Part shown: positions 45,807-54,312 of the stretch, in pieces
Position numbering within the stretch: position 1 is the first letter of the stretch
How the letters are laid out: each line of letters opens with the position of its first letter
Assembly: GCA_944320965.1 (NCBI GenBank)
Contig: CALUJO010000001.1
Span: 11,458-75,457, forward strand
DNA: 64,000 nt
Reading direction: 5' to 3'
Source: an uncultured Bacteroidaceae bacterium
GTDB taxonomy: Bacteria > Bacteroidota > Bacteroidia > Bacteroidales > Bacteroidaceae
The notes under the pieces: generated by a model
Told to the model about the DNA's origin: nothing
The model's input: only the letters and a program-made list of their open reading frames with translations
Database searches by the model: none
Made by a program: the position numbers and the translations under genes

Positions 45807-45814
45807 TATATTTG
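45807..45814 (+). promoter_or_regulatory. orphan plus-strand -7 promoter box with no downstream plus-strand ORF
   Basis: TATATTTG, followed by hairpins. The next plus-strand gene is 3.9 kb away. Confidence 0.3.
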
Positions 45815-45820
45815 CCACTG

Positions 45821-45953
45821 AAATTAATGCAGCGGCATTAATTTATATTTTTATATTTTCCCTTTTCTGTTTTTTATTTATGGCATTTCAATAATTATAT
45901 ATGGAAATGCCATTCTTTTATTAAAAAAGGTCGGTAAAAACCAACCTTTTATT
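45821..45953 (+). ncRNA. candidate small RNA (speculative)
   Basis: It has an orphan promoter box, then a perfect 10-bp hairpin AAATTAATGC-AGCG-GCATTAATTT (45821-44). A perfect 10-bp inverted repeat ATGGCATTTC/GAAATGCCAT follows (45880-89/45904-13), then a terminator hairpin at 45927-48 followed by TTTT. Confidence 0.2.
45921..45948. terminator. hairpin after pyrC-like gene, usable on both strands
   Basis: Stem AAGGTCGG/CCAACCTT with one mismatch, an A6 run upstream and TTTT downstream. Confidence 0.5.
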
Positions 45954-45954
45954 A

Positions 45955-47304
45955 TTAATATTCAAATGTTAATCTTTGTCCTTTTATTCCGTCATTTATC
46001 TTGCCATTGTCATAGACTATGTTTCCGTTTACAAATGTCATAAGCACTTTATGTGAGAATTTTCTTCCTTCAAGAGGACTCCATTTACATTTACTCTCAA
46101 TCATAGTGTTATCAAGAACCCAGTCTTCCGGTGATACCAATGCAAGGTCGGCATAATAACCTTCCCTGATATATCCGCGTTTCTCTATATGATAAAGTTC
46201 GGCAGGAGCGTGACACATCTTGTTAATAACCTCTTCATAGGACAATACTCCCTGCGAAGCCATATCAAGCATTGTGACAAGCGAGAACTGAAGCATAGGC
46301 ATTCCTGATACTGCCTTGACTGCTCCACCCTCCTTCTCAGAAAGAAGATGAGGTGCATGGTCGGTACCTATGACATCTATCCTGCCGCCTTTTGACAATG
46401 CCCTGCGCAATGCATCACGGTCTTCAACACTCTTTATTGCAGGATTGCACTTTATACGTGTTCCAAGTGTCTTATAATAACTACTGTCAAAAAGAAGATG
46501 TGCAACACAGGCTTCGGCTGTTATATGCTTGTCTTTCAAATTACCGTCAGACAACAATGAAAGTTCCCTGGCTGTACTTATATGCATTATATGAAGACGT
46601 GAACCGTATTTGTCGGCAAGTTCAACGGCAAGAGCAGAAGAACGGTAACATGCTTCTTCATTCCTTATAAGAGGATGATATTCCACAGGAACATCATCTC
46701 CGAATTCTGCCTTGTATTTCTTTGTCAGTTCTGATATAATGGATGAATCCTCGCAATGGGTAGCTATAATCATATCCGTACCGTCAAAAATACTGCATAG
46801 GGCAGATTTACTGTCAACAAGCATATTTCCGGTACTTGACCCCATAAAAAGCTTTACACCGCAAACATTTCTTTTGTCAATACGGGAAAGAAGGTCTGAA
46901 TTGTTGTTTGTAGCTCCAAAATAATATGAATAGTTAACCAGACTGTTCTCGGCAGCATTTGCATATTTCGCCTCAAGTGCTTCAATTGTTGTTGTAGGAG
47001 GATTGGTATTAGGCATATCCATATACGAAGTAACTCCTCCGGCAGCTGCTGCACGTGTCTCGCTTACTGTGTCCGCTTTATGAGTATATCCCGGATCACG
47101 GAAGTGTACATGGTCATCAATAACTCCTGGAACAAGCAAAAGTCCATCGGCGTCTATCTCCTTATCCGCATGAACAAGTTCATCACCATAAAATATTTTC
47201 TTTATTTTACCTTCGGAAATTATAACAGAGCCCTTACAGGTTTTGCCCTCATTTATAATAGTCGCATTGCGAATTACAATATCTTCCATATCATTTCCTT
47301 TCAT
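45955..47304 (-). CDS. pyrC: dihydroorotase-type cyclic amidohydrolase
   Basis: DDHVHFRDPG (HxH) and GTDHAPH motifs. The start may instead be Met 47289 (MEDIVIRNA...), which would remove the 14-nt overlap with the upstream gene. Confidence 0.8.
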   Translation of the reverse strand: MKGNDMEDIVIRNATIINEGKTCKGSVIISEGKIKKIFYGDELVHADKEIDADGLLLVPGVIDDHVHFRDPGYTHKADTVSETRAAAAGGVTSYMDMPNTNPPTTTIEALEAKYANAAENSLVNYSYYFGATNNNSDLLSRIDKRNVCGVKLFMGSSTGNMLVDSKSALCSIFDGTDMIIATHCEDSSIISELTKKYKAEFGDDVPVEYHPLIRNEEACYRSSALAVELADKYGSRLHIMHISTARELSLLSDGNLKDKHITAEACVAHLLFDSSYYKTLGTRIKCNPAIKSVEDRDALRRALSKGGRIDVIGTDHAPHLLSEKEGGAVKAVSGMPMLQFSLVTMLDMASQGVLSYEEVINKMCHAPAELYHIEKRGYIREGYYADLALVSPEDWVLDNTMIESKCKWSPLEGRKFSHKVLMTFVNGNIVYDNGKINDGIKGQRLTFEY

Positions 47305-48031
47305 ATTTGCGGAACCAGCTCCACACTTTCAATTTTATAACCCCGAAAAGTGCCTCGCTGAATATGCCTCCGCTCATTTTTGAAGTACCTAATTCCCTGT
47401 TAATAAATATGACAGGTACTTCCTTTATCTTAAATCCGAACTTGTAAGTAGTAAATTTCATTTCAATCTGGAAAGCATATCCCTTGAAATGTATATTGTC
47501 AAGATCAATAGTCTCAAGAACCTTACGTCTGTAACACTTGAATCCTGCAGTAGTATCATGAACAGGAATACCTGTTATAAACCTTACATACTTGGATGCA
47601 TAGTAAGACATAAGAACACGTCCCATAGGCCAGTTCACAACATTTACACCGGTTATATATCTTGAACCAATTGCCAAATCGGCTCCTTCCTCACTGCATG
47701 CCTTGTAAAGTCTTGGCAAATCGGCAGGATTGTGCGAGAAATCGGCATCCATTTCAAATATATATTCATAACCGTTCTCAAGTCCCCATTTGAAACCTGT
47801 AATATATGCAGTACCAAGTCCAAGCTTTCCTTTTCTTTCTATCATATAGAGACGCTCAGGAAACTCTTTAATCAACCTGCTTACTATCTGTGCAGTGCCG
47901 TCAGGAGAATTGTCTTCTATTACAAGAATATCAAAATTCTTCTCCAAAGAAAAGACCGCTCTTATAATTTTTTCAATATTCTCCTTCTCATTATATGTCG
48001 GTATAATGACTATACTGTCAGACCTGTTCAT
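47291..48031 (-). CDS. GT2 polyprenol-phosphate mannosyltransferase (Dpm1-like)
   Basis: IIPTYNEKENI, EDNSPDGT and MDADFSH motifs. Confidence 0.8.
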   Translation of the reverse strand: MNRSDSIVIIPTYNEKENIEKIIRAVFSLEKNFDILVIEDNSPDGTAQIVSRLIKEFPERLYMIERKGKLGLGTAYITGFKWGLENGYEYIFEMDADFSHNPADLPRLYKACSEEGADLAIGSRYITGVNVVNWPMGRVLMSYYASKYVRFITGIPVHDTTAGFKCYRRKVLETIDLDNIHFKGYAFQIEMKFTTYKFGFKIKEVPVIFINRELGTSKMSGGIFSEALFGVIKLKVWSWFRKYERK

Positions 48032-48092
48032 AATCTTTTACTGTTACTTTATCTACTTACCGTGCAAAGGTATACAAATTCATATAAATATC

Positions 48093-49082
48093 CTACAAGC
48101 CAAGTTTTGCGGATATGTCAAGCATCCTCTTTATAGGATTTATAGCCTTTTCGGCAACAGAAGGATCAACTTCTATCAACGGCCATTCATATTTCAATGA
48201 ATTGTAAAGTTTCGCCATTGTATTAAGACGCATGAAATTACATTCATTACATGCACAAGTACTGTCTTCCGGAGGAGCAGGAATGAAATTCTTATCCTTG
48301 CACTGCTTGCGCATCTCGTGAAGGATACCTGATTCGGTTGCAACTATATAGTTTTTATTGTCATGCTTCTTTGCATAATTAAGCAGAGCTGCTGTTGAAC
48401 CTACAAAATCAGCGAGCTTTACAACAACTGATTTACACTCCGGATGTGCAAGAACAAGTGCATCTGGATATTGTTTCTTTAATTCAATAATCTTCTCAAC
48501 AGAGAACTGTTCATGAACATGACAAGCACCGTCCCACAAAACCATATTTCTTCCGGTTACTGAATTAATGTAATTTCCAAGATTCCTGTCCGGACCGAAT
48601 ATTATCTTTTCATCTTCAGGGAAACTTTCTACAATCTGACGTGCATTTGTTGAAGTTACAACAACATCAGTAACAGCTTTTGTTGCAGCAGAAGTATTGA
48701 CATAAGAAATAACTGTATGGTCAGGATGTTCTTCAACAAACCTTGCAAATCTGTCAGCAGGACAACTGTCGGCAAGCGAACATCCGGCATTCAGGTCAGG
48801 AACGATAACCTTCTTGTCAGGACACAATATCTTTGCCGTTTCGCCCATGAAATGAACTCCGCACATTACAAGTATATCCGCATCGGTCTTTGCCGCCCAT
48901 TGTGCAAGTGCAAGGCTGTCTCCAACAAAATCAGCTATATCCTGTATCTCACCTTCCTGGTAGTAGTGCGCAAGGATAACCGCATTCTTTTCTTTTTTCA
49001 GTTTATTTATTGCCTCTTTTATGTTGTCGGTATCTACAACTTCGTCAACATAACCTTTGTTTTTCCAAGATTCTTTTATCAT
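48093..49082 (-). CDS. nadA: quinolinate synthase
   Basis: 329 aa with NadA-typical segments (ILAHYYQ, VHFMGE, three-cysteine cluster context). Confidence 0.9.
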   Translation of the reverse strand: MIKESWKNKGYVDEVVDTDNIKEAINKLKKEKNAVILAHYYQEGEIQDIADFVGDSLALAQWAAKTDADILVMCGVHFMGETAKILCPDKKVIVPDLNAGCSLADSCPADRFARFVEEHPDHTVISYVNTSAATKAVTDVVVTSTNARQIVESFPEDEKIIFGPDRNLGNYINSVTGRNMVLWDGACHVHEQFSVEKIIELKKQYPDALVLAHPECKSVVVKLADFVGSTAALLNYAKKHDNKNYIVATESGILHEMRKQCKDKNFIPAPPEDSTCACNECNFMRLNTMAKLYNSLKYEWPLIEVDPSVAEKAINPIKRMLDISAKLGL

Positions 49083-49682
49083 ATTTGTTCTAAAATTGAG
49101 TTTACCTTAAGCTTCCTCTCAACAATTCACATTATATTATTATAATCCTTATTTTATTTATTCTTTTAAATGAATATTAATGATGATGATAATGGTGTGT
49201 TAGTATTGTTGGAAATATTTTTGGTTTTTATTTGCATAATAACTTATTAAACTGATAGGATGACGTTTTCAATATTATATTCACATTTGTATTTCACTTA
49301 TATATCTTATAAATCAGTTAAATATAGTATTCTGTCAACACTATGTTAGTAATCGCAAAGTTAGTATTTTTTTTATATCAAGGTTATTGAAAAGCAGGTA
49401 TAACTATGTGTAAATATCAAAAATAAAAAATAAAAACTTTATTTGGATTATTGATTATTGCTGGAGTATGACAGTTGTTTTGAATAATGCAACAGTAAAT
49501 TATTATTTTCTTTAATCATTGATTATACACATTTTCAACACTTTTACACACATGTGTCTTTAATATTGATTTTGTTTAGACAATTCTGAATATCAGTATT
49601 TTATATTGTATGGTATTAATATTTTCAAAAAACGGTATCAACATAATGGATTATACTGTTTGCCGTGTTTATGAATAAAGCA

Positions 49683-49690
49683 TATCTTTG
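49683..49690 (+). promoter_or_regulatory. -7 promoter box for the TrmH-family gene
   Basis: TATCTTTG, 28 nt upstream of the ATG at 49718. Confidence 0.45.
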
Positions 49691-49717
49691 CACATATAAC
49701 AGTCATATTTTGGGTTT

Positions 49718-50251
49718 ATGAGAAAGTTGAAAATTACCGAACTTAACAGATTAAGTGCCGAAGAATTCAAGAATGTTGAAAAACTTCCGTTGGTTGTTGT
49801 TCTTGACAATATAAGGAGTTTGCACAATATAGGTTCTGTGTTCCGTACTTCTGATGCGTTCAGAGTTGCAAACATATATCTTTGCGGTATAACTGCAACA
49901 CCGCCTCATGCCGAAATACACAAGACAGCTTTGGGAGCTGAAGACACTGTTGACTGGAAATATTTCAATGATACCTTGGATGCGGTCAAGGAGTTGAGAG
50001 ACAACGGTTTTGATATATTCTCGGTTGAGCAGGTCGAAGGCAGTGTAATGCTTGAAAACTTTGTACCTGAAAAGGGCAGGAAATATGCTGTTATATTGGG
50101 TAATGAAGTCAAAGGTGTCAGACAGGATGTTGTTGATGCAAGTGACGGATGCATAGAAATACCGCAATATGGAACAAAACATTCGCTTAATGTTTCGGTA
50201 ACATCGGGTATTGTTATCTGGGATTTGTTCTGCAAGCTTTCCAGACTGTAG
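49718..50251 (+). CDS. TrmH/SpoU family RNA 2'-O-methyltransferase
   Basis: SpoU motifs NIGSVFRTSDAF, LGNEVKGV and IPQYGTKHSLNVSV. Confidence 0.75.
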   Translation: MRKLKITELNRLSAEEFKNVEKLPLVVVLDNIRSLHNIGSVFRTSDAFRVANIYLCGITATPPHAEIHKTALGAEDTVDWKYFNDTLDAVKELRDNGFDIFSVEQVEGSVMLENFVPEKGRKYAVILGNEVKGVRQDVVDASDGCIEIPQYGTKHSLNVSVTSGIVIWDLFCKLSRL

Positions 50252-50283
50252 TTTTCAACTTATAAACATGTTTGTTGATATGT

Positions 50284-50877
50284 TTATAACTGTCCGTTAA
50301 GTACCTGGACAACCACTCTTTCAATCATTTTGTCTTCGCCTTCCGGATCATAGTCAACCTTTAGTGTTGAGCCGAATGTCTTTGCAAATATCTGATATGT
50401 AGAGGCTTTGAAAGATCCCATGAAGGCTTTTATTATTTCAAACGATGATTGGTTACTCTGTCTTGCAATAAGCTTTATCAGCATTTGTCCTTGTGAATAA
50501 GTGAGTTTTTTCATTTCAGCTGTGAACTGTTCCTTGAGTCCTTTTTCAACAGCTTTCATGTGTTTGCGTTTTGCCCTCTGGGTAGGAAGCGTTTCAACAT
50601 ATTCATAAGTTTCGATAATAAGATTGTTTATCATCGTTGCAATGGGAAGAACTCTTTTTACATTTCTGACAAGTTTCAGATAGTTGATATATTCTTCTCT
50701 GTTTTTAAATGTTATTCTTGGATAGATATAAACAGTCCGCAGCGTAACCGATGGTATTGTATCTCCCTCATATATACAGCTTTTTGTCATATAGCTGACT
50801 TTCTGTGCCTTTGTAACAGACGGAAAAATCAACATTACCAACAATGTTAACAATATGTTCAGTTTGATTCGCTGCAT
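50284..50877 (-). CDS. secreted protein of unknown function (possibly DUF4294-like)
   Basis: Signal peptide MQRIKLNILLTLLVMLIFPSVTKAQ. Length is 197 aa. The family guess is from memory only. Confidence 0.45.
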   Translation of the reverse strand: MQRIKLNILLTLLVMLIFPSVTKAQKVSYMTKSCIYEGDTIPSVTLRTVYIYPRITFKNREEYINYLKLVRNVKRVLPIATMINNLIIETYEYVETLPTQRAKRKHMKAVEKGLKEQFTAEMKKLTYSQGQMLIKLIARQSNQSSFEIIKAFMGSFKASTYQIFAKTFGSTLKVDYDPEGEDKMIERVVVQVLNGQL

Positions 50878-50940
50878 TATGATTTATGTTGTGTGGAATT
50901 GCGGTGTGAGGTAATGTGCAATAGTTTTTACACATTTATG

Positions 50941-50968
50941 AAAAGGTGTGTAAAACATTACACACCTG
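50941..50968 (-). terminator. intrinsic terminator after rnr
   Basis: 10-bp stem AGGTGTGTAA/TTACACACCT with loop AACA. A T-run follows on the minus strand. Confidence 0.65.
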
Positions 50969-50977
50969 TTTGAAGTA

Positions 50978-53131
50978 TTATTCGGCAAGAACAAAGTCAA
51001 GCTGTTTTTTCTCCAGATTTGCTCTGCTTACTTTTATGGTTATTGCGTCACCCAAAGAGTATATATGTTTGGTCTTTTCGCCGATAAGACGGTAATTCTT
51101 TTCATCGAATATATAGAAGTCATCGTCAAGTTCGCGCATAGGAATCATTCCTTCACACTTGTTTTCGTTGATTTCAACATAAAGTCCCCATTCGGTAACT
51201 CCTGAAACAACTCCGTCAAATGTCTTTCCTATAAACTGGCTCATATATTCAACCTGTTTGTATTTGACAGATGCTCTTTCGGCATTTGCAGCAATCTGCT
51301 CCATTGCAGAACAGTGGTCGCACAGGTCTTCATATTTAGCTTCGGTAACACTTCTTCCTCCGTCAAGATATCTTGCAAGCAGACGGTGAACCATCATGTC
51401 GGGATAACGTCTGATTGGTGATGTAAAGTGGGTATAATATTCAAATGCAAGTCCATAGTGTCCTATGTTATGGGTTGAATATCTTGCCTTCTGCATAGCC
51501 CTTATTGAAACGGTTTCTATCAGGTTTTCCTCTTTCTTGCCCTGAACATCGTCAAGCAGACGGTTAATTGACTTTGACAAATCGGTCTTTGTGCCTCCTG
51601 TCCTTATCTTGTAACCGAATCTTGCTATGAATGTTGACAAATCAGACAGTTTGGTCGGGTCCGGAAGATCATGGATACGGTAAGGGAATACCTTGGCTTT
51701 CTTTCCTTTAGGCACTTTACCTACAAATTCGGCAACAGTCCTGTTGGCAAGAAGCATGAACTCTTCTATAAGTTTGTTAGCATCCTTTGAAACCTTGAAA
51801 TAAACGCTTAACGGCTTTCCGTTTTCGTCTATTTCGAATTTCACTTCATATCTGTCAAAATTGATGGCACCATTTTTGAATCTCTTCTCGCGTATTATTT
51901 TTGCGAGTTTGTCAAGTTCAAGAATTTCTTCCTTGAAATCACCTTCTCCGGTTTCTATTATCTGCTGTGCTTCCTCGTAGGTAAATCTTCTGTCAGACTT
52001 GATTATTGTTCTGACTATCCTTGAATCTTTTACTTCGGCATTATCGTCAATGTTGAATATTACCGAGAATGCAACCTTTTCCTCATTAGGTCTCAGTGAA
52101 CAGAGGTTATTGCAAAGTCTTTCCGGAAGCATTGGTATTGTTCTGTCAACCAGGTATACTGAAGTGGCACGCTTTTCGGCTTCCTTGTCTATGATATCAT
52201 GTTCCTTTACATAGTAGGTTACATCGGCAATATGCACGCCTACTTCCCAAAGACCATTTTCAAGCTTTCTTATTGACAATGCATCGTCAAAGTCCTTGGC
52301 ATCTCTAGGGTCTATCGTAAATGTAGTTACGTTTCTGAAGTCTTCCCTTTTTTCAATTTCTTCCTGAGGTATTTCTTCTGGAATTCTGTCGGCTGCGTCT
52401 TCAACATTTTTCGGGTACACATAAGGCAATCCGAATTCGGCAAGAATGGCATGCATTTCGGTGTTGTTGTCTCCGGCTTTGCCCAATACGTCAATAACCT
52501 TTCCTATAGGGTTTTTGGCTTTTTCGGGCCATTCAACAATCTTCACTATTGCCTTGTCGCCGTTCTTGCCGCCCTTAAGGTCTTTTTTGGGAATGAAAAT
52601 GTCATTTGCCAGGTTCTTGTTTTCAGTGATTAGGAATGCATAGTTTGCCGTCACTTCAAGTGTTCCGACAATGTTTTCTTCTGCCCTTTCAAGAATTTCA
52701 ATGACTTCGCCTTCAGGTCCTTTCTGCGGCGAGTGTGCATAGCACACTATTTTCACCCTGTCGTTGTTCATTGCGTGTCCCGAGTTTCTTTCTGCAATGA
52801 ATACAGGTTCGCTTTCATCATCCGGGATGAACGAGTTTTTTCCGTTGTTGAAACGTTTGAATGTTCCAACCATTTCTTTGCCTTTCTGTCCGAAGATGTA
52901 TGTATTGTTTTCATCCTTGCTTATGATACCGTTGTCGATAAAGTCATTGATGATATCCATACATATCATTTTCTGCGGATGAGTCTTTAGGTTAAGGGCT
53001 GAAAAGATATTCTTTGCACTGAGATTTATACCCGGTTTGCTTTTGAACAGGGATATGATAGCTTTTGTTATCTCATTCTTTTTAAGTCTTTTACCCTCTT
53101 TTTTCGTTTTCTTTTCTTTCTTTTTGCCCAT
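50978..53131 (-). CDS. rnr: ribonuclease R
   Basis: Lys-rich N-terminus, cold-shock/OB domains, RNB catalytic domain (DPRDAKDFDDALS) and a C-terminal S1 domain. Confidence 0.9.
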   Translation of the reverse strand: MGKKKEKKTKKEGKRLKKNEITKAIISLFKSKPGINLSAKNIFSALNLKTHPQKMICMDIINDFIDNGIISKDENNTYIFGQKGKEMVGTFKRFNNGKNSFIPDDESEPVFIAERNSGHAMNNDRVKIVCYAHSPQKGPEGEVIEILERAEENIVGTLEVTANYAFLITENKNLANDIFIPKKDLKGGKNGDKAIVKIVEWPEKAKNPIGKVIDVLGKAGDNNTEMHAILAEFGLPYVYPKNVEDAADRIPEEIPQEEIEKREDFRNVTTFTIDPRDAKDFDDALSIRKLENGLWEVGVHIADVTYYVKEHDIIDKEAEKRATSVYLVDRTIPMLPERLCNNLCSLRPNEEKVAFSVIFNIDDNAEVKDSRIVRTIIKSDRRFTYEEAQQIIETGEGDFKEEILELDKLAKIIREKRFKNGAINFDRYEVKFEIDENGKPLSVYFKVSKDANKLIEEFMLLANRTVAEFVGKVPKGKKAKVFPYRIHDLPDPTKLSDLSTFIARFGYKIRTGGTKTDLSKSINRLLDDVQGKKEENLIETVSIRAMQKARYSTHNIGHYGLAFEYYTHFTSPIRRYPDMMVHRLLARYLDGGRSVTEAKYEDLCDHCSAMEQIAANAERASVKYKQVEYMSQFIGKTFDGVVSGVTEWGLYVEINENKCEGMIPMRELDDDFYIFDEKNYRLIGEKTKHIYSLGDAITIKVSRANLEKKQLDFVLAE

Positions 53132-53269
53132 AAGCTTTCAACTTGTTCACAATATACAAAGTAACATATTTTATGTTGATATTGTTGACAATTATATGTT
53201 ATTAATTATAAAATGTTTATGTCCGGCACTGTTATGAAACCATGTCCTGGTATTTTATTGTTAAGTTTT

Positions 53270-53375
53270 TGATATTGTAAAAACCTTCGGTATTTTTGCT
53301 TGAAAACATTCAAGGTATTTGTCAAAAACCTTTGGTGTTTTTGTCATAAACATTCAAGGTTTTCTGTAAATATGT
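53270..53375. repeat. dispersed intergenic repeat, copy 2 (tandem duplication of a 45-nt unit)
   Basis: Units start at 53279, 53303, 53324 and 53348. Unit 1 (AAAAACCTTCGGTATTTTTG) resembles unit 3 (AAAAACCTTTGGTGTTTTTG). Unit 2 (AAAACATTCAAGGTATTTG) resembles unit 4 (AAACATTCAAGGTTTTCTG). Confidence 0.6.
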
Positions 53376-53438
53376 TTAATGTTTTTTTTAGACACATTTA
53401 TTGCAGCGGAATATTGGCATATCAGCACATTGTCAGTA

Positions 53439-54218
53439 TCAGTATGATGCTGAAGCTTCGATACCGTTATCCTTCAGCATAGTCACAATCCGGTCAAGTT
53501 CTTCGTGTGTAGCCTTTAGCAGTTCATGGTCAGGAGTTTCACGGTCAATGGTGTATATCATTACTTTTTCCGGCTTTATTTCCTTTAACACCTCAATCCA
53601 TGGCAGCACATATTTGTCGGATGTATTGTCAATGTCCTTTCCGTCTTCCGATTTTCCTTTCATGAACATTGTCTGGATAATGGCATGTCCGTTGAACGCT
53701 TTAAGATGTCCTATTATTTCATCAAGGTCGTATTTTCCTGTAGGTCTGTCAACTGTCTTGATATATTCAATATCTACAGTATCAAGTTTCAGGATATTGT
53801 TGTCAACTTTCATCAGTGCGTTAAAAACTTCTTTTCTGTTTATCAGAGTAGAGTTGGTAAGTACGCTGACTTTTGCTTTCGGACAATATATGTCTCTCAG
53901 CTGTATTGTATCGTCAATTATACCGTTGAATTCCGGATGGCCGGTAGGCTCGCCGTTGCCAGCAAAAGTAATTACATCAGGCAATTTGCCTTCTGCCGAC
54001 ATTTCCTTCAGTTTTTCTTCAAGTTTTTCACGGACTTCTTCTCTTGAAGGTCTTTTTTCCTTCGGTCGGAAATCTTTGTTGAAACCGCATTCACAGTATA
54101 TGCAGTCGAAAGTACATATTTTTCCGTCTCCAGGCATAAGGTTGACACCAAGTGAAATACCAAGCCTGCGGCTGTGTACGGGTCCGAATATCGGTGAAGG
54201 ATATATAATTGTGCTCAT
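53439..54218 (-). CDS. radical SAM protein
   Basis: CTFDCIYCEC contains the CxxxCxxC cluster motif near the N-terminus. Length is 259 aa. Confidence 0.75.
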   Translation of the reverse strand: MSTIIYPSPIFGPVHSRRLGISLGVNLMPGDGKICTFDCIYCECGFNKDFRPKEKRPSREEVREKLEEKLKEMSAEGKLPDVITFAGNGEPTGHPEFNGIIDDTIQLRDIYCPKAKVSVLTNSTLINRKEVFNALMKVDNNILKLDTVDIEYIKTVDRPTGKYDLDEIIGHLKAFNGHAIIQTMFMKGKSEDGKDIDNTSDKYVLPWIEVLKEIKPEKVMIYTIDRETPDHELLKATHEELDRIVTMLKDNGIEASASY

Positions 54219-54312
54219 AAATCAGAATGTTAATTGTTGGACATGATTTATATGTTTATGCAAAGTTAACTTTTAATGGTTTAATTATTGGGTATGATGT
54301 ATTAAATATGGT

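Noticed and set aside
49083-49360. NAD+ (nadA-motif) riboswitch upstream of nadA
   Set aside because: I could not find the tandem-domain conserved core by eye. To my knowledge that class is restricted to Acidobacteria, and the region is extremely AT-rich with no stable helices.
53270-53375. Possible CRISPR array, because of short tandem units
   Set aside because: The units are only about 21-24 nt and are imperfect. They alternate between two types without unique spacers, and there are no cas genes in the window.
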